From: an uncultured Spirochaetota bacterium
Lineage (GTDB): Bacteria > Spirochaetota > Spirochaetia > SZUA-6 > Fen-1364
Assembly: GCA_963734545.1 (NCBI GenBank)
Contig: CAVTHO010000007.1
Location: 320,001 to 384,000, forward strand
DNA: 64,000 nucleotides
Reading direction: 5' to 3'
Part shown: piece after piece, positions 48,739 to 57,928 of the stretch
How the letters are laid out: the number at the start of each line of letters is the position of its first letter
Numbering within the stretch: the stretch's first letter is position 1
The notes under the pieces: generated by a model
The model's database searches: none
Told to the model about the DNA's origin: nothing
Seen by the model: only the letters and a program-made list of their open reading frames with translations
Position numbers and translations under genes: made by a program

Positions 48739-48902
48739 CCATGGACGGCGAGGGCGAGCGAGTGCAGGGACGACACGAAAGCGAGGCCGTAGCCATGGAC
48801 GGCGAGGGCGAGCGAGTGCAGGGACGCACAAAAGTGAGCCCGTAGGCATGGACGGCGAGGGCGAGCGAGTGCAGGGATGCGCGTAAGGAAGAGCCCATAG
48901 GC
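48731..48902. repeat. Three 53-54-bp tandem repeats with an invariant 31-bp core, plus a partial fourth
   Basis: CATGGACGGCGAGGGCGAGCGAGTGCAGGGA at 48740, 48794 and 48847. Confidence 0.93.
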
Positions 48903-48926
48903 CGGCAGCCGCGCGTGCGCGGCGCA

Positions 48927-48950
48927 GAATCCGCGGAGTACCGCGGCGCG
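48927..48950. repeat. Single copy of the hairpin repeat just after a stop codon
   Basis: GAATCCGCGGAGTACCGCGGCGCG. Confidence 0.88.
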
Positions 48951-48951
48951 C

Positions 48952-50249
48952 TCAGTTGTCCGTCACCGCCAGCTTCTCGAAGCAGGCGTCCTTCCAGGAC
49001 TGCACTTCCGGGTAGTAATAGTCTTCGCTCAGAATGAACTCCATGAGCGCGTCGCGGGCCCTCTCCTGGAAGTAGTAGGTCTGACCGAGGTAGTACCGGG
49101 CATGCGCCTCGACCTGCGCGGTGCGCGGCAGACGCAGAAAATCAATCAGGCTCCTGGCAGGCTCCCGCCATGTCCCCCTCGCTGAAAGGACCCGTGATGA
49201 TAGCCTGCAAGCCGCGCAAGCTCGCCGTTGGGCAGTGGGCGTGGCATCCGAGGAAAGCACTTCCCGCGTCCGCTCCTTCACCGCGGGTGGCTGCACGTTT
49301 CTCATGAGGAGCCGGATCGATCTTTCTGTAGCGGGCGACACCTTTGTCTTTTCCGGGAGCTCCGGCAGCGTCGGGTCCGGCGAGCTGCAGCCCGTTCTGT
49401 ACGCCGAGGGTGACCACGAGGGACGGCAGAGGCATGGGCCTCCGCGCCGTGGGCAGCGAGGGGGAGGCCCTGCCGACTGAGACCGGGATCTGCACGGGGT
49501 CGACAGTCGTGTTGACTCCGCCTCACCAGTGTGGCCTGCCCGATTCTGTAGAGGCCGGCATCCATCACGGCAAACCAGTAGTCAACGCCGGGGAAGACCG
49601 GGAGAAAGTAGCTGGTTGTGCCCGGGTCGAGCTGCGTGACGGCTGTCGAGGTGAGGAGATCGTCGGGTTTCGAGAGGGGGGCAGTACCCCAGAAGAGGAG
49701 GAGATTACGGGCAGGGGAGGAGGAGGTGAAAGTGACGTCAACGCCATCTCCGACCGAGCTGACCCTGGCTTTGATGCCGCTTATCCGCGCGGCGAGCTCC
49801 TCTTCAGGCGCCGCTGACTGCCCCGATGCCGCCACGCTCGTCTTGTTGCGGTAGGGGATGAGAACAGGATAGAGGGTCCCGGCCGGGTCCTGGACGATGA
49901 CGGCGTAGAAATACCCCTTCTGATCGGGCGGCGTATCCACATAGAACTCCACCCCGGCATCCACTTTGGCTATGAGGAGCGCCTTCGAGAAACTCTGCGA
50001 CGTGATCTCCTCGGGCGACCGGTACACGACATAGAGGCCCTTGAGGTCCGGCGAGTCCTTCCAGGTCAGCTTGACCTGGAAGTCGATGACCTGGGCCTTC
50101 AGACGCGTGGCAAAAGGAGCGAAACCCGCTGTTTCCCGCTGGCCGGAGGGCGCTTCCTGGCCCGAAACAAGAATCGGGGCGAGGAGGAACGCGATCATGA
50201 CGATCGGGAACCGCATTCTGCCTGGTTTTCGGTCATGGTTCCCCCTCAT
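48952..50249 (-). CDS. Exported protein with two Fn3/Ig-like domains and a C-terminal TPR, apparent frameshifts (~49520, ~49380)
   Basis: Signal peptide; VKLTWKDS…YVVYRS…YFYAV; ARYYLGQTYY TPR; AAGGAG RBS before ATG 50249. Confidence 0.75.
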
Positions 50250-50271
50250 CCGTATCTCCTTCATACCAATG

Positions 50272-50298
50272 TTGTCGGCTTTCGGCGAGTTGTCTATA
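50272..50298 (-). promoter_or_regulatory. sigma28-like promoter
   Basis: Minus strand TATA-N15-GCCGACAA, one mismatch in each box versus TAAA-N15-GCCGATAA. Confidence 0.4.
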
Positions 50299-50384
50299 AG
50301 GGGCGTACGAGGTGCCGGGAGCCTCTGGTGGAGGCGGGTGAAGACTTTACACGTCCGGGCCAATGCCTTTACATTCATGGGAGT

Positions 50385-50658
50385 ATGTTTGTCGCTGTCG
50401 CCTGCGATTTTGCGAACGACGACCATCGAAAGTCCGGGTACGACCTGCTGGCGCAATACGGCTTCCGAAAGGTGCTGAAGGACGCCTTCGAGAGCGCTAC
50501 GGTCTCGGAAACCGCGCTGAACCGGCTGAAAAAGGACCTGGACAGGATCGCGGACTCGTATGACAGCATCCGCCTTTACCAGTATCCTGTTGATGGCACG
50601 CTTGCCATCACCGGTTCTGAAGGAAAAAAAGTGGCGGCGGCTGATCGTCAAGTCATGA
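50385..50658 (+). CDS. cas2: Stand-alone Cas2-like protein (~90 aa), one apparent extra base near 50613
   Basis: MFVAVACD (Asp after beta-1), LLAQYGFRKVLKDAFE, DSIRLYQ. Removing one base gives …ITVLKEKKWRRLIVKS*; uncorrected frame runs to 50720. Confidence 0.75.
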
Positions 50659-50660
50659 GC

Positions 50661-50714
50661 GCATGCACGGTACTCCGTGCATTTCTGTTAGCATGCACGG
50701 TATTCCGTGCGTGT
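50661..50714. repeat. Two 30-bp-period variant hairpin repeats
   Basis: ATGCACGG-TACT-CCGTGCAT and CATGCACGG-TATT-CCGTGCGTG. Confidence 0.88.
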
Positions 50715-50734
50715 ACGTGATAGAAAGGAAAGAC

Positions 50735-51913
50735 GTGTTAAGCGAGCTGGAACCAGAAACTGAACTCACTCGGCGCCCAGATCGAGGAAACCTGGAGGGG
50801 GCTTTGACCCGGAATCACTGACAAAGGAAATCGGGGAGATAGAAGCGCAGCACCGCGCAGCCTGATTTCTGGCAGGACAAGGACAAAGCGGGAGGGGCAC
50901 TCACGCGACTGAAGACGCTCAAGCGACGGTACGAACCATGGGTGAAGCTGCGCGCGGATATCGACGACCTCAAGGGAGATCTGGCGTCTCGCCGTCGAGG
51001 AGAAAGACGAATCACTGGAGGCGGATCTTCGCGGCAATTGGGAAATCGCTGGACAGAGCGATACGGTGAGTTGAAGGTCCTCGAGCTCCTCGGCGGTGAG
51101 AATGATGCCTCGTCCGCATTCGTCACCATCCATTCAGGCGCAGGCGGCACGGAGGCCTGCGACTGGGTCAGCATGCTCTACCGGACTGTACACGCGCTGG
51201 GCGGAACGGCACGACTACACGGTGCGACATCCTCGACATTCTTGAAGCAGAGGGCGGCATCAAGAGCGTCACCATGCAGGTGAACGGCCCGTACGCATAC
51301 GGCTACCTGAAGGCGGAAACGGGAATCCATCGACTCGTGCGCATTTCGCCGTTCGATTCGAACTCCCGGCGCCACACGTCCTTCGCCTCCGTCTTCTGCT
51401 TTCCGGTGCTCGACGACACGATCGAGCTGGACATCAGGCCCGAGGACCTGCGCATCGACACGTATCGCGCGGGCGGCGCGGGCGGCCAGCACGTCAACAA
51501 GACAGATTCCGCCGTACGGATCACCCACCTGCCCACGGGCATCGTCGTGCAGTGCCAGAACGAGAGAAGCCAGTACAAGAACAAGGCATTCGCCATGAAG
51601 GTGCTGCGCTCGCGCCTCTTCGAGTTCTACAAGAATGAGCGGGACAAGGACAGGGAAAAGCTCGAGATGGAAAAGAAGGACATTTCCTGGGGCAATCAGA
51701 TACGGTCGTACACTTTTCAGCCCTATACCCTGGTCAAGGATCACAGGACCAAGCACGAGGTCGGGAAACATCCAGTCGGTGATGGACGGCGATATCGACG
51801 TCTTCATCGAGGAATACCTGAAACAGCAATGGCTCGCGACGCGCGGCGACGCGAAATCAGGCGTGTCGCGCGGCCTCGCCCGCGGGAAAGAAAGATGGCG
51901 GTCAACGTACTGA
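50735..51913 (+). CDS. prfB: Peptide chain release factor 2, with a programmed +1 frameshift and several extra apparent indels
   Basis: [19 protein letters not shown] (SPF), [20 protein letters not shown]; 3' end approximate. Confidence 0.93.
50793..50808 (+). promoter_or_regulatory. prfB programmed +1 frameshift signal
   Basis: TGG AGG GGG CTT TGA C: internal SD followed by CTT-TGA-C at about codon 23. Confidence 0.92.
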
Positions 51914-52263
51914 TAGTTGATGACCTGGCCTTTATCAGGATCGTCCTCCGCGACATCCTGGAAAAGTCGGGTTTTCGCGTCGTGGGTGAAGCATCCGATG
52001 GCGGCCAGGCAATCACTCTCTATCAGGATACGCGCCCGGACGTGGTGCTCATGGACATCACCATGCCCGGGATGGACGGGTTGACCGCGCTGAAAAAGAT
52101 CAGGGAGCTTGATCCCGCCGCGCGCATCATAATGTGTTCCGCGCTCGGCCAGCAGCGGCTCATCGTGCAGGCGATTCAGCTGGGGGCCATGGAATTCATC
52201 ATCAAGCCGTTTCAGCCGCAGCGGGTCGTCTCGGCCCTCAAGAAGGCTCTCGACATTTCCTGA
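51895..52263 (+). CDS. cheY: CheY-like single-domain response regulator
   Basis: LIVDD, MDITMP, CSALGQ, IKPF. Confidence 0.9.
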   Translation: MAVNVLIVDDLAFIRIVLRDILEKSGFRVVGEASDGGQAITLYQDTRPDVVLMDITMPGMDGLTALKKIRELDPAARIIMCSALGQQRLIVQAIQLGAMEFIIKPFQPQRVVSALKKALDIS

Positions 52264-53849
52264 TGAGAACCGCGGCGCCGCTCCTGATTCTTCTGTGCCT
52301 TCCCCTGCCGCTTGTGTGTGCGCAGACTCCGACGGGAGCCCCCGCACAATCGTTGCCGGCAGGCCGGGTCGACAGGTACCCCCAGCACGGCCTCCCCGGC
52401 GCCGCTGACACGGCCCCGGGCACGGGGACCACCGCTGCCCGGGCACGTCCGCCCCCGCGCGGAATCCGGCCATCCGGATCTGTCGATCCCGGTGGACACA
52501 GCCAAGCAGTGGACGGTGGGCTTCAGCGTGTTCGGCGCAGAGTACCTTTCAAAGGAGAATGCGTATCTGGCGTACAGCCTGCCCCTTCTGCTGAAGAACG
52601 AGGTAAGCGGACTGGAGGCGCATGCATTCACCTCGGAGGAGAGGGACCTGGCACGGAGCGCCATCATCTCCCGGGAAGGCTGCCCTGGCGGAGCAGACGA
52701 TCACGAAAATCCGCAAGGAAAGGGATTCCCTTGCCTTCGGTGCTGCCCCTCCGACCCCCTCCGCCCTGAAAGGGGTGGATGACAGGCTTGCCGCCGTGGT
52801 CGTGCGCAGGGAATTCCTGCAGATACTCGACTCGGCAAAGGTGGACGTGGCGGCGGAAAAGCCGGTCACGTTCAAGGAGGGAAGCGGCGTCGGGAAGCTT
52901 CTCGATCTGTCCGGGTGTCAGCGCGGCTGCATATTGCGCCAGCCAGGGGCTCGACCTTCTCGTGGGAGGCACTCTGAGGGAGGTCCAGGGATACCTCCTG
53001 CTGGAAGTCTGGGCATTCGATGCCACGAGGGGGAAGATCGTTCTTTCCTCCCGGGAGGCGGCGGAACGGGAGGAGATCTACGCTTTCATGCCCGCCGTCG
53101 GGAAAGAGCTTGCGGGCATCATACTGGGCCGCGAGTGGACGCAGCTCGTGTTCAATCCAGATCCTCCGGGCGCCTCGTTGTACGTCGATGATGCCCTCAT
53201 CGCTTCGGGTGTTTCGCCGGCCCTGTATCTTTCACCCGGGACCCGGGCAATCAGGGTCTCCGCGCAGGGCTACCGGGATGAATCCCGCACGGTGACCCTC
53301 GAGGCGGGACAGAAGTTCCCGCTGGATGTGAAGCTCGAAAAGGAGATCACGGGATCGGTGTCCGTCACGTCGGAACCGACGGGCGCGGACCTGTACGTGG
53401 ACTCGGTATGGAAGGGCAAGACACCCCTCTCGGTGGAAAGACCGCCGTCCCGGAGCAGGGGAGTCCTTTCCCTGGCCGGTTTCTACGATCTCCCATTCTC
53501 GATCGGGCAGGACTCGATGGAGCAGCTCTCGTTCTCTCTCCAGAAGGATATCGGGGCCCGGGATATTCTGCAGAAGCAGGCGCGAAACGACTTCTATGTC
53601 TCATTCGGGTGGTTCGCCGTTTCCATCGCGGTTCCCCTGTTTTCGTATGCGCTTGCCATTGATTCCGCCGTTCACGAAAACGAGTTCCTGCTGCAGAACA
53701 ACTTCTCGAAGGCTGCGAGCGCACACCTCAATTACCAGATTTTCCTGGGCGGCTACTATGGGGGCATGGCGGTCAGCGCCGTCCTGTTTACCTGGATGGT
53801 CTTCCGCATCGTTCACTATGTCGCGGTCTCCAATGGGACCGCGGGCTAG
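52263..53849 (+). CDS. PEGA-domain membrane protein, several apparent frameshifts
   Basis: Signal peptide; two PEGA repeats (PPGASLYVD, SEPTGADLYVDSVWKGKTP); two C-terminal TM helices. Confidence 0.8.
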
Positions 53850-53861
53850 GGAGGACTTTCA

Positions 53862-54740
53862 GTGCCCTGGAAGGGAATTGGCAGGCGGCTGCGCGAGCTG
53901 TTTCAGGCCCGTGAATTCGACGAGGGCTTCTTTCACGAGCTCGAAGACGCGATGATCGAGGCCGACCTGGGAGTTCGCATTGCGTCGGAGACCGTGGACG
54001 CTCTTCGAAAGATAGTGAAAGAAGAAGGGCTTCGGACCCGAGCGGATCTCCTTGCCGCCTCCAAGGCACGCCTGAAGTCCTTCCTCCGGGCGGATGAGCT
54101 GCGGTTGATGCCGGGAGCGCTCAATGTGTTTCTTGTTCTGGGTGTGAACGGAGTGGGCAAGACGACGACCATCGCCAAGCTCGCGCAGTATTTCCGTGCC
54201 CACCGCGGCGTGTCGAGAATCCTCCTTGCCGCGGGGGATACATTTCGTGCCGCCGCGATCGAGCAGTTGAAGCTCCTGGGGGAGAAACTGGCGCTGCCGG
54301 TGGTCGCACAGGACCACGGCGCGGACCCGGGCGCCGTCGTTTTCGATGCGATTGCGAGCGCCACTGCCCGGGGAGATGAGCTGCTCATCGTCGACACAGC
54401 GGGGCGGCTTCACAACAGGGATGCGCTGGTGAAGGAGCTTGCGAAGATCGATAAAATCGTGCGCGGCCGGATCGGGGACGGCTTTTACAAGAAGATACTC
54501 GTGCTGGACGCCACCACGGGGCAGAACTCGCTGGCCCAGGCGGAGGTCTTCCACAAGGCGGTAGGCATCGACTCGATCGTGCTTTCCAAATGTGACTCCA
54601 CGGCAAAGGGCGGCATGGTGGTGCCTGTCTGCCGGGACCTGGGAATCCCGATCTCCTTCATCGGTCTGGGCGAGAAGCTCGACGATCTGGAGGCATTCGA
54701 TCCGGACGGCTATCTGGATTCCCTGTTTGGAACGTCATGA
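53862..54740 (+). CDS. ftsY: SRP receptor FtsY (NG domain only)
   Basis: GVNGVGKTTT, DTFRAAA, DTAGR, DATTGQN, GLGE. Confidence 0.96.
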   Translation: MPWKGIGRRLRELFQAREFDEGFFHELEDAMIEADLGVRIASETVDALRKIVKEEGLRTRADLLAASKARLKSFLRADELRLMPGALNVFLVLGVNGVGKTTTIAKLAQYFRAHRGVSRILLAAGDTFRAAAIEQLKLLGEKLALPVVAQDHGADPGAVVFDAIASATARGDELLIVDTAGRLHNRDALVKELAKIDKIVRGRIGDGFYKKILVLDATTGQNSLAQAEVFHKAVGIDSIVLSKCDSTAKGGMVVPVCRDLGIPISFIGLGEKLDDLEAFDPDGYLDSLFGTS

Positions 54741-55822
54741 AGCTGCTCCTGCCGGCGCTCCTCCTGCTCTCGTGTGTTCTCCCGGGATTCGGCGATGCGC
54801 TGCTCTACAAGTCCAACGAGTTCGGGATGCTCCTGCAGCGCATCGAGCCCTACCGGCGCGACGAATCGCAGTGGGTCCTGGAGGTCAGCACGACGGGCGA
54901 GGACGAAGTGCGGCGCCTGTACGACCGGGGGAAAGAAGCGCGTCGGTGGGAGATTTCCTGGACGGAAGGCGGGACGAGAAAGGTGGAGCGCGAGCTTTCC
55001 GCGGGCGTCCTGTCCGCCAGAAGGCTGTATGACGGCGCGGGCGCATTGCTTCAGGAAGATCAGTATGACAACGGCGAGCTGGCGCAGAAGACTTTCCTGA
55101 CCTACACCGGGGGCCGGCTCACGCGCGTGCGGGTTCAGGCGGCGGACGGGAGCCTGAACTACGCGGAGCAATACGTGTACGGCATGAAGGGCACGCTGCG
55201 GGAAGTGAGGCGAACCGGGACCGGGTCGGAGGTGCGGACTTCCTCGTACGTTTTCGGATCTGCCGGTGTGTCGGAAGAGCGCACGAGCTCGAAGGACACG
55301 CTCTTCATCTCCCGCTATGATGCCCAGGGCAGGCTGGCGAGCCGCGAGAAGCGGAAGGGTGATCAAACGTTGTCCCGGGAGGATTTCTCGTACCGGCTCG
55401 AGACAGACGCTCTGGTGAAATCCACGGAAAGACTGCCCCAGGAAGGAAAGACCATTGAGCGACTATACGATGAGGCGGGCAGGCTCGCGTCCGAAGCCTC
55501 GACAGTGGGCGGCGCGGTCGTGGAGGAGAGCTTCTATGCCCGGAACGACAAGGGAGGATTGATCTCCCTGAGCCGCAGAAGCCCGCGCGGGATGGAATTG
55601 TGGAGGTACTCCCTCGACGACAAGGGGAAAGTGGGCCGGGAGGAGTACTTTCTGCGCGGAAGCCTTCAGAAGGTCACCGTGTATGGCCCGGGGAAGCTTC
55701 GCACGGAGGAAATCTACAAGGACGAGGAACTCTACCTGAAAGTGTATTTCGACGGAGATTCCCGGCTGAGGGAAGAAGTTTTTGCCGGAGGAAAGATCCT
55801 GCGGGAAAGGAAAGCCGATTGA
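54737..55822 (+). CDS. Exported protein with YD/MORN-like beta-hairpin repeats
   Basis: Signal peptide; repeated YDxxGRL motifs. Confidence 0.75.
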   Translation: MKLLLPALLLLSCVLPGFGDALLYKSNEFGMLLQRIEPYRRDESQWVLEVSTTGEDEVRRLYDRGKEARRWEISWTEGGTRKVERELSAGVLSARRLYDGAGALLQEDQYDNGELAQKTFLTYTGGRLTRVRVQAADGSLNYAEQYVYGMKGTLREVRRTGTGSEVRTSSYVFGSAGVSEERTSSKDTLFISRYDAQGRLASREKRKGDQTLSREDFSYRLETDALVKSTERLPQEGKTIERLYDEAGRLASEASTVGGAVVEESFYARNDKGGLISLSRRSPRGMELWRYSLDDKGKVGREEYFLRGSLQKVTVYGPGKLRTEEIYKDEELYLKVYFDGDSRLREEVFAGGKILRERKAD

Positions 55823-57225
55823 AGACACCGCTGTCGGTCCTTGTGGCGGCCAGGTACTTTCGCACGAAGCGCCGCGATACCGGCAACGCCTCCTCCCTTC
55901 TCTCGGTGGCCGGGATCGCCATTGGCGTCATGACGCTTACCGTGGTCCTCGCGGTGATGAACGGATTCCAGCTCGGATTCATCGACAGCATCGTGGAGAT
56001 CAGCTCGTATCATCTTCAATTGCGCGCGGAGCTTGCCGGGCAGCCGGGATGCCGCGGCGAGGAGCGGCCTGCCGCGCCGCGGTACTCCGCGGATTTTCCT
56101 CCCGCGCCGCGGTACTCCGCGGATTTTCCTCCCGCGCTGGATGCCGCGCTCATTGCGCGCATCCAGTCGGCCGTCGGAGTGACCGCGGTCGTGCCCTTCG
56201 TCGAGAGACAGGCGCTCGTCGAAGGGGTATTCCAGCGGCCGCGCGCGTGCTCGGTCCGCGCGGTACCCCCGGAGCTTTTGTCTCTCGACCCGGTGCAGGC
56301 GCGGATGCTCGCCCTTCGCCAGGGCTCATTCTCCTTGGGTGATCAGCGCTCCCTGGTGATCGGCTCCGAGCTTGCCGCCGCGATGGGCGCGCGCGTCGGC
56401 GACGCGCTTTCTCTCACCTCGTACGCGACAGGCGCGGGCGGCCGTCCCTCCCCGCGCCGCGACGAATTTCAGGTGTCGGGCATCTTCCATACCGGATACT
56501 ACGATTTCGATACGGGGCTCGTGTTCATGTCACTGGAGGCCGCAGACGCGCTCTATGGCGCGGGCCTGCCGCTGCCCCGCACGTGGGGAATAAAGATCGC
56601 CAACCGGTTCGACGACTCCCGGACGCTGCGCGCCGTGTCCGGCCTGCTCGCGGGGACCGGCTACGGTGCGGAGAGCTGGCGGACCTACAATCGGTCTTTC
56701 TTCGACGCGCTGTTCGTGGAAAAGCTCATGATGATGGTCCTGATCGGGATCATCTTCATCGTCGTCGGCTTCAACGTATACCATTCACTGCGCCGCAGCG
56801 TATTCGAGAGGATGGAAGAGATTGCCGTTCTCAAGGCGGTCGGCATTCCGCCCCGGCGCGTGCAGGCGATATTCATCCTCGAGGGGCTCTTCATCGGCCT
56901 GGCAGGGGGTGCAGCGGGGTTGATCGCGGGGCTGGTCCTCGCGGTGAATGTGAGCGGGGTATTCTCCGCCGTGGAAGGAGTGATCAACTGGGTTCTGCGC
57001 ACGGGGTCGCTCCTTCTCTCTCCTTTCGCCTCCGGGGAGGCGGCGGGCACCTTTGCGATATTCTCGCCCACGTATTTCTACCTGACGCAGGTGCCGTCCC
57101 ACGTGTATCTTCGGGAGGCATTCCTCGTCTCATTCTTTGCCGTGATGGCGTGCACCGGCGCTGCATGGGCCGCCACGCGCGCCATTTCCCGATTCCGACC
57201 CTCGGAGGTTCTGCGCTATGAGTGA
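55819..57225 (+). CDS. lolC: Lipoprotein-releasing ABC permease, LolC/E family
   Basis: GVMTLTVVLAVMNGF, FHTGYYDFD, EIAVLKAVG, PSEVLRYE; TTG start at 55819. Confidence 0.9.
   Translation: MKTPLSVLVAARYFRTKRRDTGNASSLLSVAGIAIGVMTLTVVLAVMNGFQLGFIDSIVEISSYHLQLRAELAGQPGCRGEERPAAPRYSADFPPAPRYSADFPPALDAALIARIQSAVGVTAVVPFVERQALVEGVFQRPRACSVRAVPPELLSLDPVQARMLALRQGSFSLGDQRSLVIGSELAAAMGARVGDALSLTSYATGAGGRPSPRRDEFQVSGIFHTGYYDFDTGLVFMSLEAADALYGAGLPLPRTWGIKIANRFDDSRTLRAVSGLLAGTGYGAESWRTYNRSFFDALFVEKLMMMVLIGIIFIVVGFNVYHSLRRSVFERMEEIAVLKAVGIPPRRVQAIFILEGLFIGLAGGAAGLIAGLVLAVNVSGVFSAVEGVINWVLRTGSLLLSPFASGEAAGTFAIFSPTYFYLTQVPSHVYLREAFLVSFFAVMACTGAAWAATRAISRFRPSEVLRYE
56072..56137 (+). repeat. Two 30-bp hairpin repeats in frame inside lolC
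   Basis: CCGCGCCGCGGTACTCCGCGGATTTTCCTC x2, encoding APRYSADFPP x2. Confidence 0.93.
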
Positions 57226-57928
57226 TTCGGCCGGCGCGATCAAGGACGCTGCCGCTCCCCTGGTGTCCGTGTCCTCACTGGTCCGACGCTTTGTCACGGG
57301 CGGGGAGACCCTGGAGGTGCTCAGGGACGTCAGCCTCTCCGTCCCGGAAGGCAGCACGGCCGCCATCAGCGGGGAAAGCGGATGCGGGAAAAGCACGCTG
57401 CTGGGACTCATCGGCGGCCTGGACCGGCCGACGGCGGGGAAGGTGAGCGTGGGAGGGAGGGACATTACCGAGCTCGGAGAATCGGATCTCAGCCGATACC
57501 GGAACCGTGAAGTCGGCTTTGTGTTCCAGTTCCACTTTCTGCTGAAGGACTTCACCGCGCTGGAAAACGTCATCATCCCCGGCATGCTGGGAAGCGAATC
57601 GGCGCGCGCGCTGCGTGAGCGCGGCCGGCAGCTTCTCGCCGAAGTGGGGCTCGACCAGAGGATGGACGCCTGGCCCCTGGAGCTCTCCGGCGGCGAGCGG
57701 CAGAGAGTCGCCGTGGCGCGCGCCCTCATCAACGAGCCACGGCTGCTCCTTGCGGACGAGCCGACAGGGAACCTTGACGAGCGCAATGCGCGCACGGTGG
57801 AGGACATGCTCTTTGCCCTGGTGCGGCGGCATGGCAGGACGATGATCATGGTCACCCATGACTCGGCCCTCGCATCACGGGCGGACAGCCGGTTCCTGCT
57901 CGCCACCGGCACCCTGAGCCGGGTATGA
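57218..57928 (+). CDS. lolD: Lipoprotein-releasing ABC ATPase
   Basis: GESGCGKS, GFVFQFH, LSGGE, ADEPTGNLD. Confidence 0.93.
   Translation: MSDSAGAIKDAAAPLVSVSSLVRRFVTGGETLEVLRDVSLSVPEGSTAAISGESGCGKSTLLGLIGGLDRPTAGKVSVGGRDITELGESDLSRYRNREVGFVFQFHFLLKDFTALENVIIPGMLGSESARALRERGRQLLAEVGLDQRMDAWPLELSGGERQRVAVARALINEPRLLLADEPTGNLDERNARTVEDMLFALVRRHGRTMIMVTHDSALASRADSRFLLATGTLSRV

Noticed and set aside
48731-48902. Bona fide CRISPR array
   Set aside because: Only three repeats; linkers are short and similar to each other; no AT-rich leader; no cas1 or effector genes. Kept as a repeat.
51274-52263. RF2-CheY fusion protein in the ORF track
   Set aside because: Caused by an extra base near 51765; the RF2 C-terminus (VMDGDI) continues in another frame and cheY has its own ATG at 51895.
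3989-53849. Pseudogene calls for the frameshifted genes
   Set aside because: Essential genes are affected and motifs are intact on both sides of each break; sequencing error is more likely.
54737-55822. RHS toxin
   Set aside because: Too short, no PxxxxDPxG cleavage motif, no toxin domain or immunity gene.
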